From a bacterium (GTDB lineage Bacteria; Elusimicrobiota; Elusimicrobia; Elusimicrobiales; UBA9959), in the NCBI GenBank assembly GCA_021811185.1, contig JAJZPL010000002.1:90483-154482 (forward strand): a stretch of DNA of 64,000 bases, given 5' to 3'. This document shows, in pieces, positions 39,765 to 49,102 of the stretch. The notes below the pieces were generated by a model. It was not told the DNA's origin. It ran no database searches and saw only the letters and a list, made by a program, of their open reading frames with translations. A program made the position numbers and the translations under genes. Within the stretch, counting starts at the first letter, position 1. Every line of letters begins with the position of its first letter.

Positions 39765-39789
39765 GTTGCCCTGGCGCACGCGGTTCCTC

Positions 39790-41523
39790 CTATGGGACCG
39801 GGGGGGTTACGCGCTGAAGCCCGCCCGCCGCAGGCGAAGCCTGCGGTGGACCGGCTGAAGGCACCGCTACCGAGTAGACCTCTACCGAATTGCCGCCGGC
39901 GCCGTCTATTCCCTGCGAGGTTACCCACAAAGAACCGCCGTCGGGGCTGATGTCCAGGCCCACGGGAAAAGAGTCCGCCGCCATACGGGAGGCCACGGTC
40001 ATGCCGGCCGTGTCCACTACCGCCACTTCGGAGGCCCCGTTCAGCGCCACGTAGAGCCATTTTCCGTCGGGGGATAATTTCATGGAGCGCGGCAGGCCGC
40101 CCACCTTGGCCGCGGTCACCGCGATCCCGCGCGCAGGCCCTTTGGCCGAAGCCGCGTTTATCACCGCGGCAGTCTCGGCGCGCAGCACGCTGCCGGTCTT
40201 GCTGGCGGTAACGTACAGCCACCGCCCGTCGGGGGAGACGAGCAGGTCGCGGGGCTTGCCGCCCAGGTCTACCCGGCCCAGCAGCCCGGGGCTGCCTGGG
40301 GAGCTGACGCTGATAACGCCTATGCCGCCCGGCCCGCCCATGCAGCCGGCGAACAGCGTGCCGGAATCCGCCGTCCAGGCGAGGCCCCGCACGCACAGGC
40401 CGCATTCCAGGTCCCGGTTAACGGCCTCGGCGCCCGGAGGCGGGGACGCCGGCCCCAGCGCGATGACCGCGGCCGAGGAGAAGGCCATGGGATCCGCGGA
40501 GGAAATGTCGATGAGCCCGACGCTGTTGTTGCCCCAGTGGGCTACGGCCATGTAGCGCCCGTCGGGGGAAGCCGCGGCGTTCTTGGCGATGGGCCCCGTG
40601 GGCAGCACGCGGACTATCGCGCCGGTCCGCGTGTCTATTATCGCCGCGGCGGAGGGCTGCGTGCCGTCCAGGTCGAAATTGCGGCGGTAATACGGCACCC
40701 ACAGGAAACGGCCGCCGTGGCTGAATTCGCTTTCCACGGGCTTGCCCGTGAAAACATTGGGCCCCTCCGGAGGCAGGTCCTCGGAGAAAGCGCCGCCCAG
40801 CCAGGGTGCGGCGCCGGGGAACAGCCCCGCCCGCGCCGGGCCGAACACATGAGGGATGGTCCCGAGTTTGGTCAATGTCCGCGCGTCGTAGATCACTGTG
40901 CGCGCGCCTTCCAGGGAATTCACGTACGCCTTGCTCCCGTCGGAAGAGATCCGGACGGACTTGGGCGAGTCGATGTCTTTGTCGTAGACGTCGGCGGCGT
41001 CCACGGGCTTGGGGTTGTAGCGCTGGAAGCGCGCTATGAGGCGGAGTTCCGGTAAAGCGCCGGCTGGCGAGGACACCGCCCCGATGGCCGGGTGCGTGGC
41101 GGCGCGGGCCCTGCGTTCCAGATAGGCTTTCCAGGAGCGGCGCGCGGCCGCCAGACGCTGGACCAGTTTGCGGTCCTCCGGGCGCAGCCGGGAAAGCTCG
41201 GCCCAGGCCTGCACCGCGTCCTCCCACTCGCGCAGGGCTGCGTGCGCGCGGCCTTTGCCGTCCAGGCATTCCTGGCGGGCAGGCTCCAGCACCAGGCAGC
41301 GGTGGAATTCGCTGACCGCGGCGCCGGCTTTGCCGCGGCGCAGCAGGGCTACGGCGCGGTCTAGGGCCGCCGCCGCACGCAGGTTCCGCGCGGGACGGGC
41401 GGGCAGGACGGCGGCGGTCTCAGGGCCGCCGGTTCGCGCGGGCGGGGGCACACGCCGGGCATGGCAGCCGGCCAGAGCCAGCAGCGCGGAACAGCCAAAG
41501 ACGAAAGAAATACGCCGTTTCAT
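39790..41523 (-). CDS. Lipoprotein with TPR and YVTN/YncE beta-propeller
   Basis: Lipobox LAGC, TPR-like helices, repeated SPDG..LYV blades. Confidence 0.75.
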   Translation of the reverse strand: MKRRISFVFGCSALLALAGCHARRVPPPARTGGPETAAVLPARPARNLRAAAALDRAVALLRRGKAGAAVSEFHRCLVLEPARQECLDGKGRAHAALREWEDAVQAWAELSRLRPEDRKLVQRLAAARRSWKAYLERRARAATHPAIGAVSSPAGALPELRLIARFQRYNPKPVDAADVYDKDIDSPKSVRISSDGSKAYVNSLEGARTVIYDARTLTKLGTIPHVFGPARAGLFPGAAPWLGGAFSEDLPPEGPNVFTGKPVESEFSHGGRFLWVPYYRRNFDLDGTQPSAAAIIDTRTGAIVRVLPTGPIAKNAAASPDGRYMAVAHWGNNSVGLIDISSADPMAFSSAAVIALGPASPPPGAEAVNRDLECGLCVRGLAWTADSGTLFAGCMGGPGGIGVISVSSPGSPGLLGRVDLGGKPRDLLVSPDGRWLYVTASKTGSVLRAETAAVINAASAKGPARGIAVTAAKVGGLPRSMKLSPDGKWLYVALNGASEVAVVDTAGMTVASRMAADSFPVGLDISPDGGSLWVTSQGIDGAGGNSVEVYSVAVPSAGPPQASPAAGGLQRVTPPVP

Positions 41524-41700
41524 GTTTTACCCCTGCCCGCGGCGGGCCGGCCCCTTAACCATGGACTATTCTAATAAATAGGCCCCGGCATTAAAAGTAG
41601 AGCCCCGGCGGTAAGCCGTGAGGCGTGCAGATCCCGGGCAGGGATTTTTCTTTATCCTGTTTTTTTAGTAAGATTACCCTGATAGTTCAGGAGGAAACAA

Positions 41701-42465
41701 ATGAAGAAGATCATACTCGCGGTTCTCGCCTGCTTCATCGCCGGCAGCGCTATAGCAAAGGACGACACCATGACCGAAGACCAGAAGACCCTTTATTTCC
41801 TGGGCAAAGCAGTAAGCTCCAAGATCAAGCAGTTCGATTTTACCCCGGAAGAGACCAAGTACATAGTAATGGGCTTTTCCGACACCCTGGCCGGAGCCAA
41901 GGCCAAGGTCGACGACTCCTACGGCAACAAGCTGAACGAGTACCTTGGCAAGAAACAGGAAGGCATCGTGGCCAAGCAGAAAGAGGCCGCCAAGCCCTTC
42001 CTGGAGAAAATGGCCAAGGAGCCCGGCGCGGTCAAGCTGCCCTCCGGCGTGATCATGATCCCCATGAAAGAAGGCACCGGCGCTATGCCCAAGGCCACCG
42101 ACATGGTGAAGGTCCACTACCACGGCACTTTCCCCGACGGCAAGGTGTTCGATTCCTCCGTTGAGCGCGGCACTCCCGCCGAATTCCCGCTTTCCGGCGT
42201 GATCCCCTGCTGGACCGAAGGCGTGCAGAAGATAAAGGTCGGCGGCAAGGCCAAGCTGGTCTGCCCCTCCGACACCGCCTACGGCGATCAGGGCGCCGGC
42301 GGGGCCATTCCCGGCGGAGCCACGCTGGTGTTCGAAGTGGAGCTGCTCGATATCCTTAAGAGCCCGGCTCCCGCGGACGTTTCCGTGAAACCGGCCAAGG
42401 CCGAAAAAGCCGTAAAGCCCGCGGCCAAGCCCGCGGCCGCCAAGCCTGCCGAAGTTAAGAAATAA
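41701..42465 (+). CDS. FKBP-type peptidyl-prolyl isomerase (FkpA/Mip-like)
   Basis: VHYHGT, FDSS, VIPCWTEG, AYG, LVFEVELL. Confidence 0.95.
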   Translation: MKKIILAVLACFIAGSAIAKDDTMTEDQKTLYFLGKAVSSKIKQFDFTPEETKYIVMGFSDTLAGAKAKVDDSYGNKLNEYLGKKQEGIVAKQKEAAKPFLEKMAKEPGAVKLPSGVIMIPMKEGTGAMPKATDMVKVHYHGTFPDGKVFDSSVERGTPAEFPLSGVIPCWTEGVQKIKVGGKAKLVCPSDTAYGDQGAGGAIPGGATLVFEVELLDILKSPAPADVSVKPAKAEKAVKPAAKPAAAKPAEVKK

Positions 42466-42480
42466 ATACAGGCCTGAATA

Positions 42481-42510
42481 AAAAAAGCCCCGGAAGTCCG
42501 GGGCTTTTTT
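42481..42510. terminator. Bidirectional terminator
   Basis: AAAAAAGCCCCGGA-AG-TCCGGGGCTTTTTT. Confidence 0.85.
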
Positions 42511-42520
42511 GTTGCGCGCC

Positions 42521-45175
42521 TTATGGCCGGCCGCGGCGGCGAACAAGTTTTTCTGCCTCGACCGCCAGGAATATTACCGACGACAGGGTTAAAGCGAGGA
42601 TGAGCTGGCCCGCGGGCAGGGGCTCAGTCCGGAATATCCTGTTGGCCCACGGCGCATAAATTACCGCCAGCTGAAGGCCCAGCGTGAGAAGCACGGAATA
42701 AAGCAGCGGTTTATTGGACAGGAGCCCCATCCGGAAAAGAGAGCGCTTTTCCGAGCGTATCGCCAGCGCATGGCCCAGCTGGCTCAGGCAAAGCACCGTG
42801 AACACGATGGTCTGCCAATGCGCTCCGGCTTTCATGGCCCAGGCCTGCGTGCCAAGGCACAGGAAGCCCATAAGCAGCCCCACCCAGATGACGTGCGCGC
42901 CAAGCCCGCCCGCGAAAAGGCTTTCGCATGGCGCGCGCGGGGGCCTTTCCATGATATCGGGCTCGGCGGCCTCGGCCGCCAGGGCCAGCCCCGGCAGCCC
43001 GTCGGTAACCAGGTTTATCCACAGGATCTGGATGGGCAGCAGCGGGATGGGCAGGCCCAGGAACGGCGCCAGGAAGATGGTCCAGATCTCGCCGGAATTG
43101 CAGGTGAGCACATAGCGCACGAACCGCCTGATATTGTCGAAGATCCTGCGGCCCTCGCCCACCGCCTTAACGATAGTGGCAAAGTTGTCGTCGAGCAGTA
43201 TCATGTGGGCCGCTTCCTTCGAAACGTCCGTGCCCGTTATCCCCATGGCCACGCCGATGTCGGCCCGCTTGAGAGCCGGGGCGTCGTTCACTCCGTCGCC
43301 GGTCATGGCGGCGAAATGCCCGCGCGCTTGCAGCGCCTTTACGATGCGCAGCTTCTGCTCCGGGGCGACCCGGGCGTAAACCCTTATGTTCTCAACCCGC
43401 CGCGCGAAGGCCTCCGGGGAGATCTTTTCCAGCTCCGCGCCGGTCAGCATGGCTGCGGCGTCGCCCGTGTTTATGATCCCCAGGCGCTCGGCGATATTGC
43501 GCCCCGTGACCGGGTGGTCGCCGGTGATCATCACCGGCACTATGCCCGCCGACCGGCATTGGGCCACCGCCGCTTTGGCCTCTTCCCTTGGCGGATCGGT
43601 TATGCCCGCCAGGCCGATAAAGACCAGGTCTTTCTCGGCGTCGGCCAGGGACCCCGGGAAGGCGTCCCACTGCCTGGCCGCCAGGCCCAGCACACGCAGG
43701 CCCCTGGCGGCCATCCTCTCGGCCGCGGCGCGTATTTCTTTCTTGCCGTCCGGTGTCAGCCCCGAAGAGGTCATAATCCGCGGGGAGTTTTCCAGCAGGC
43801 TCTCGGCGGCGCCCTTGGTCAGCGAGAAATAGGCCCCGCCCGCCCAGCCGCACAGCTGGCCGGCGTGGAAGGTGGTCATGCGCTTGCGCACGGAATCGAA
43901 AGGCAGCTCGGCTTTGCGCGGGTACTTGGCGTCCAGTTCCAGCTTCTCCAGGCCGCCGGCCTCCGCCAGCACGCAGAGCGCGGTCTCGGTGGGGTCGCCT
44001 GCCCAGCCTTCGCCTTTCCGCAGCGAATCGTTGTTGAGCGCGAAGCCCGCGAGCAGCCGCGCGTAGAGGTCGGGCTGCGGGGGGGCTTGCCCGGCCGCCA
44101 GCGGCGTTCCGTCCAGGTACAGCTCCTCCACCGTCATCTTGTTCTGCGTGAGCGTGCCGGTCTTGTCCGTGCAGATGTAGGTCACCGAGCCCAGGGTTTC
44201 CACGGCGAGCAGTTTGCGCACCAGCGCGTTCTGCTTCACCATCCTGCCGGCGCCCAGCGCAAGCGCTATGCTCATGACCGCGGGCAGCGCTTCGGGAATG
44301 GCCGCCACCGCCAGCGACACGGCCGTTAAGAACATCAGCGCGGGCGGTTCGCCGCGCAGCAGGCCGGAAACAAAAACCAGGGCGCAGACGGCCAGCACGG
44401 CCCAGGCCAGCTTCTTGCCGAAGGCCGTCAGCCGCTTTTGCAGCGGCGTCTCGACCTCTTCCTCGTCCTGCAGCGAGCCGGCTATCTTGCCGAGCTCCGT
44501 GGCCATGCCGGTGGCCGTTACCACGCCCCGGCCCCTGCCGTAGGAGACCGTGGTGCCGCTGTAGGCCATGTTCAGCCTGTCGCCCAGCGGCAGGTCCCCG
44601 CCTGGCAGCGGGCCGCATTGTTTCTCTACGGAGAGGGATTCGCCGGTAAGCGCGGCTTCCTCGGTCTTCAGCGAAGCGCACTCGATAAGGCGCAGGTCCG
44701 CCGGCACCACGCTGCCGGCTTCCACCAGCACGAGGTCGCCGGGCACCAGCGCGGCGGCCGGGACGGACTCGGGGTTGCCGTCCCGGATCACGGAAGCGGA
44801 GGGCGCGGCCATTCTTTTAAGCGCCTCCATGGCTTTCTGGGCGCGGTATTCCTGCGTGAAGCCCATCACGGCGTTCAGGATAACTATGGCCCCTATAACG
44901 GCGGCGTCCAGCATCTCGCCTATGGCGCCTGAAACTATGGCCGCGGCTATCAGTATCCCTATCAAGAAATCTTTGAACTGGCCGAGGAACATGGCCAGCG
45001 CGCCGCGCCCGGCTTTTTCCACAAGGGAATTCGGGCCGTATTCGGCCAGGCGCAGGGCCGCCTCCGCCGGGGAAAGCCCGGACAGGGAGGCGCCGAGCTC
45101 TTTTAAAAGCTGCGGGATCTCTTTGTTGTGCCAGTTTAAGGAGTTCGTTGCCATTAAATACTGCCCCGCGGCCAT
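42521..45175 (-). CDS. P2A-type (Ca2+/Mn2+) P-type ATPase
   Basis: TGES, IPEALP, DKTGTLT, TGDGVNDAP; start may be ATG at 45154. Confidence 0.95.
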   Translation of the reverse strand: MAAGQYLMATNSLNWHNKEIPQLLKELGASLSGLSPAEAALRLAEYGPNSLVEKAGRGALAMFLGQFKDFLIGILIAAAIVSGAIGEMLDAAVIGAIVILNAVMGFTQEYRAQKAMEALKRMAAPSASVIRDGNPESVPAAALVPGDLVLVEAGSVVPADLRLIECASLKTEEAALTGESLSVEKQCGPLPGGDLPLGDRLNMAYSGTTVSYGRGRGVVTATGMATELGKIAGSLQDEEEVETPLQKRLTAFGKKLAWAVLAVCALVFVSGLLRGEPPALMFLTAVSLAVAAIPEALPAVMSIALALGAGRMVKQNALVRKLLAVETLGSVTYICTDKTGTLTQNKMTVEELYLDGTPLAAGQAPPQPDLYARLLAGFALNNDSLRKGEGWAGDPTETALCVLAEAGGLEKLELDAKYPRKAELPFDSVRKRMTTFHAGQLCGWAGGAYFSLTKGAAESLLENSPRIMTSSGLTPDGKKEIRAAAERMAARGLRVLGLAARQWDAFPGSLADAEKDLVFIGLAGITDPPREEAKAAVAQCRSAGIVPVMITGDHPVTGRNIAERLGIINTGDAAAMLTGAELEKISPEAFARRVENIRVYARVAPEQKLRIVKALQARGHFAAMTGDGVNDAPALKRADIGVAMGITGTDVSKEAAHMILLDDNFATIVKAVGEGRRIFDNIRRFVRYVLTCNSGEIWTIFLAPFLGLPIPLLPIQILWINLVTDGLPGLALAAEAAEPDIMERPPRAPCESLFAGGLGAHVIWVGLLMGFLCLGTQAWAMKAGAHWQTIVFTVLCLSQLGHALAIRSEKRSLFRMGLLSNKPLLYSVLLTLGLQLAVIYAPWANRIFRTEPLPAGQLILALTLSSVIFLAVEAEKLVRRRGRP

Positions 45176-45236
45176 TATATGACTTAAGCGGACAAAAAAA
45201 GAAGCCCCGGTTTGCCGGGGCTTTTTTTGCGGGCCG

Positions 45237-46181
45237 TTACTTTGCCTTGTCCGCCTCAGGCGGCGCTTTGTGCGGGTGCTTTATCACCACCGACAGCATG
45301 ATGGAAACCGCTAGTATGCCCAGCACCACGGAGAGCGAGATCAGGGCGTGGATGTGTATATAGCCGGAGATGAGCATTTTTACTCCGACATAGAACAGTA
45401 TGATGGAAATGCCGGCTTTTAGGTAGCGGAACAGGTCCATCACGGAGGCCAGCAGGAAGTACAGCGAGCGCAGGCCCACTACGGCGAAGACGTTGGAGGT
45501 GTAGACGATGAACGCTTCCTTGGAAATGGCCAGCACCGCCGGAATGGAGTCCACGGCGAAGATCAGGTCCGTGGTCTCTATCACCAGCAGGGTGGCGAAC
45601 AGGGGGGTGGCGTGCCAGATATGGCGCTTGACGAAGAACTCGCCGTCGGCGGCCTCCTTGTCGATCGGGACGATCCTGGCCAGCAGTTTAAGCACCGGGT
45701 TGGAGCCGGGGTCCATCTCACCGTCCTTCTGCAGCATCATCTTGACCGAGGTGATGATAAGGATGCCGCCGAAGACGTAGATGATCCAGTTGAAGTTCTG
45801 TATCAGCTTGACGCCGGTGAAGATGAGGATGAGGCGCATGAACACTGCGCCCAGGATGCCCCAGGTGAGGATCTTCGGCTGGTACTTCTTGGGGATGCCG
45901 AAGTAGGCGAAGATCATGATGAACACGAACATGTTGTCCATCGAGAGGGAATACTCTATGACGTAGGCCGTGAAGAACTCTATCATCCGCTCGAAGCCCA
46001 GCATGTAGCCTGTCAGGAAGCCGAACAGCGCGGCCACTATAACCCAGAAGGCGCAGAGCATCAGGGCCTCCTGGCGGGTGATCTCGTGGGCGCGCCCGGC
46101 CGAGAGTTTAATGTCCGCTATGAAAAGGCCGGAGGCGGTGACCGCGAATACGAGCCACATTATTTCCAGGTTGGTGAGCAT
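45237..46181 (-). CDS. TerC/Alx-family metal homeostasis membrane protein
   Basis: EYSLSMDN, DLIFAVDSIPA, TSNVFAVVGLRSLYF. Confidence 0.93.
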   Translation of the reverse strand: MLTNLEIMWLVFAVTASGLFIADIKLSAGRAHEITRQEALMLCAFWVIVAALFGFLTGYMLGFERMIEFFTAYVIEYSLSMDNMFVFIMIFAYFGIPKKYQPKILTWGILGAVFMRLILIFTGVKLIQNFNWIIYVFGGILIITSVKMMLQKDGEMDPGSNPVLKLLARIVPIDKEAADGEFFVKRHIWHATPLFATLLVIETTDLIFAVDSIPAVLAISKEAFIVYTSNVFAVVGLRSLYFLLASVMDLFRYLKAGISIILFYVGVKMLISGYIHIHALISLSVVLGILAVSIMLSVVIKHPHKAPPEADKAK

Positions 46182-46277
46182 AACGTAGATTATATAAATA
46201 AAGCCGTGCAGGATAAACTTCTTGAAAATACTCCGGATATAAATTAGAATTTAGGCATACTTCAGTCAGGAGGAACA

Positions 46278-47261
46278 ATGAGCGAAACTTTCGACATAGT
46301 GCTGCTGCTGGCCCTGCCGGCTTCCGGGAAGTCCGAAGTGAGGCGTTTTCTCGCCAACATCGAGCCCCAGCGGCTCAAGAAAGAATTTCACATAGGGGCG
46401 AACCTCCAGCTGGACGACTTCCCCTACGTGCACATGATGCGCCGCGCCGACGACGAACTGGTAAAGCTCGGCAAGGCCCGCATCTTCTTCAAGGCCGGCG
46501 ACAAGCCTTTCATAAATACCAAGGATTGGGGTACGCTGATCCACCTGCTGAACGAGGACTACTACGACCTGATGGCGAAGAAGGTGACCACCACCTCCTC
46601 CGCCGCCGACCTGCTGCTGCGCCGCATCGACCTGGCCGGCGAAAAGGCCAAGATCGCCCCGCGCCTGGTCAAACTCGATAAGGATACCTGGAGCACTGTG
46701 GCCGCCGCGCTCGAGAAAGAAGCCCGCGCGATGCTGGACGAAAAGCACGCCGCCTACCCCGACTCTTTCGAAGGGAAGACCATCGTGATAGAGGCCGCCC
46801 GCGGCGGTCCCGATAAGTCCTCCTTCCCGCTGCAGGACCCGCTGGGCTACCAGTACTCGCTCAGGGAGCTGGCCCCGGAGATCCTCAAGAAAGCCGTTAT
46901 CCTGTACGTGTGGGTCACCCCCGAGGAGTCCCGCCGCAAGAACACCGCCCGCACCAACCCCAACGACCCCGGCTCCATCCTGCACCACGGCGTGCCGATG
47001 GAAGTGATGCTGAACGACTACGGCTGCGACGACATGGACTACCTGGAGAAGAATTCCGAGGTTCCCGGTACCATCACCGTGGCCGCCCACGGCACCAAGT
47101 ACCATCTGCCCATAGGCCGCTTCGATAACCGCGTGGACAAGACCTCGTTCCTGCGCGTGGAGAAGAAGGACTGGGACCCGAAGATGGTGGCCGACGTCAC
47201 CAACGGCATAAAGGCCGCCACCGACAAACTGTTCTCCATGAAGACGCTCGCCGGCAAATAA
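46278..47261 (+). CDS. Uncharacterised P-loop kinase-like protein
   Basis: VLLLALPASGKSE Walker-A-like motif; strong SD, own terminator, highly biased codons. Confidence 0.7.
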   Translation: MSETFDIVLLLALPASGKSEVRRFLANIEPQRLKKEFHIGANLQLDDFPYVHMMRRADDELVKLGKARIFFKAGDKPFINTKDWGTLIHLLNEDYYDLMAKKVTTTSSAADLLLRRIDLAGEKAKIAPRLVKLDKDTWSTVAAALEKEARAMLDEKHAAYPDSFEGKTIVIEAARGGPDKSSFPLQDPLGYQYSLRELAPEILKKAVILYVWVTPEESRRKNTARTNPNDPGSILHHGVPMEVMLNDYGCDDMDYLEKNSEVPGTITVAAHGTKYHLPIGRFDNRVDKTSFLRVEKKDWDPKMVADVTNGIKAATDKLFSMKTLAGK

Positions 47262-47274
47262 GCCCGGTTAACAT

Positions 47275-47316
47275 AAAGAGAGGCCGCCGGTTTTAAACCC
47301 GGCGGCCTCTCTTTTT
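47275..47316. terminator. Bidirectional terminator
   Basis: AAAGAGAGGCCGCCGG...CCGGCGGCCTCTCTTTTT. Confidence 0.85.
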
Positions 47317-47331
47317 GCCTCGCGTGAACCG

Positions 47332-48801
47332 CTACTTGTTCCAGCTGTCCACCCTGGCTTCCGCCAGTTTGCTGTGGTGCCGGCCGTAGAAGAAGTAGAT
47401 CGCCATGCCCACGGCCATCCAGATGATGAGCCGCAGCCAGGTGGCCCAGGGCAGGAAGCCCATCTGCGCGATGCAGATGGCGGCGCCCAGGGCCGGCACG
47501 AGCGGCACCAGCGGGGTCTTGAAGGGGCGCGCCAGTTCCGGGTGCGTGCGGCGCAGCACGATGATGCTGACGCAGACGATCGCGAACGCCAGCAGCGTGC
47601 CGATGGAGACCATTTCGCCCAGCGCGCCTATCGGGAACAGCCCGCCCAGCAGCGCCGCCACCGCGCCGGTGACCATGGTGGTAATGTGCGGCGTGCGGAA
47701 GCGCGGGTGCACCTTGGAGAAGAAGGGGGGGAGCAGCCCGTCGAGCGACATGGAGTAGAAGATGCGCGGCTGCCCCAGCAGCAGCACCAGCATCACGGAG
47801 GACAGGCCCGCGATGGCGCCTATCTTTATGAACTTCCTCAGCCAGAACAGGCCCTGGCCGGCGGCGTTGACGCCAACGGCGATGGGGTCCGGCACCAGGA
47901 GCTGGTCGTACTTTACTATGCCGGTGAGCACCAGCGCCACCAGGATGTAGAGGACGGTGCAGATGGCGAGAGAGGACAGGATGCCTATGGGCATGTCGCG
48001 CTGGGGGTTCCTGGCCTCCTGCGCCGCGGTGCTGACCGCGTCGAAGCCTATGTAGGCGAAGAAGATCACGCCGGCCCCGCGCGCTATGCCGCTCCAGCCG
48101 AACTGCCCGAACGTGCCGGTATTGGCCGGGATGAACGGGTGCCAGTTGGCGGAATTAACGTAAGCCGCGCCGAACGCTATGAAGAGGATGACCACGACCA
48201 CTTTAACGGCTACGGCGATGTCGTTCACCGTGGCTGATTCGCTGATGCCGATCACCAGCAGGCCCGTGACCGCCGCGATGATCAGCACCGCCGGCAGGTT
48301 TATGATGGCGCCTGTGGAGGCCCAGCCCGCGACGTGGTCGAAGGAGAAGGGCGCCGAGGAGAGGGCGTAGGGGATGTTGACCCCGAAATCCCTGAGGAAG
48401 CTGGTGACGTAGCCGGACCAGCCCACTGAAACCGTGGCCGCCCCGAACAGGTATTCCAGGATCAGGTCCCAGCCGATGATCCAGGCAAGCAGCTCGCCGA
48501 TGGTGGCATAGGAATAGGTATAGGCGGAGCCCGCTATGGGGATCATGGAGGCGAACTCGGCGTAACACAGGCCCGCGAAAGCGCAGCCCGCGGCCGAGAT
48601 GATAAAGGATAGCACGATGGCCGGGCCGGCGTACTGGGCGGCCGCCTGGCCTGTCAGCACGAAGATGCCCGCGCCGATGATGCCGCCCACTCCGAGCAGC
48701 GTAAGGTTCATGGCGCCCAGGGTTCGTTTGAGCGAGTGCTCTTTCTCCTCGGCCTGCGCCATCAGCGCCTGCAGGGACTTCTTCCTGAATAATGCTTTCA
48801 T
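47332..48801 (-). CDS. APC-family amino acid permease
   Basis: GAGIF, CYAEFASMIP.AGSAY, FFAYIGFD; start after SD GGGAGG. Confidence 0.93.
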   Translation of the reverse strand: MKALFRKKSLQALMAQAEEKEHSLKRTLGAMNLTLLGVGGIIGAGIFVLTGQAAAQYAGPAIVLSFIISAAGCAFAGLCYAEFASMIPIAGSAYTYSYATIGELLAWIIGWDLILEYLFGAATVSVGWSGYVTSFLRDFGVNIPYALSSAPFSFDHVAGWASTGAIINLPAVLIIAAVTGLLVIGISESATVNDIAVAVKVVVVILFIAFGAAYVNSANWHPFIPANTGTFGQFGWSGIARGAGVIFFAYIGFDAVSTAAQEARNPQRDMPIGILSSLAICTVLYILVALVLTGIVKYDQLLVPDPIAVGVNAAGQGLFWLRKFIKIGAIAGLSSVMLVLLLGQPRIFYSMSLDGLLPPFFSKVHPRFRTPHITTMVTGAVAALLGGLFPIGALGEMVSIGTLLAFAIVCVSIIVLRRTHPELARPFKTPLVPLVPALGAAICIAQMGFLPWATWLRLIIWMAVGMAIYFFYGRHHSKLAEARVDSWNK

Positions 48802-48901
48802 AGCCCTCCCGGTGTACACAGAATTTTAAAATGGTACCAACTTTGCGCGGCCGCGCGCAATCGGCTTTTCGCCGGGCGCGGTAAAAGGTAGAATTGGCCT
48901 G

Positions 48902-49099
48902 GTGATCCACTTTAACGACCAGCCGTTGGAAACGGCGAAAGACGGCACCCTGGAGGACCTGCTCAGACGGCTGGGCCGCGAGCCGGCCCGCACGGTTGTA
49001 ACGGTGGACGGGGACTTCGTGCCGCCCTCGGAGTATAAAAGATTTAAGGTGCCCGACGGGGCCCGCGTGAGCGCGCGGGAACTGCCGGGCGGAGGCTGA
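48902..49099 (+). CDS. ThiS/MoaD-family sulfur carrier
   Basis: 65 aa, ubiquitin-like size, C-terminal GGG. Confidence 0.8.
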   Translation: MIHFNDQPLETAKDGTLEDLLRRLGREPARTVVTVDGDFVPPSEYKRFKVPDGARVSARELPGGG

Positions 49100-49102
49100 A
49101 CT

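Noticed and set aside
42361-42465. Repetitive GCCAAGCCC tract
   Set aside because: Encodes the low-complexity Lys/Pro/Ala tail of the FKBP protein, not a DNA element
46182-46277. yybP-ykoY Mn riboswitch expected before terC / P-type ATPase
   Set aside because: The region is short and AT-rich with no such structure, and terC appears leaderless
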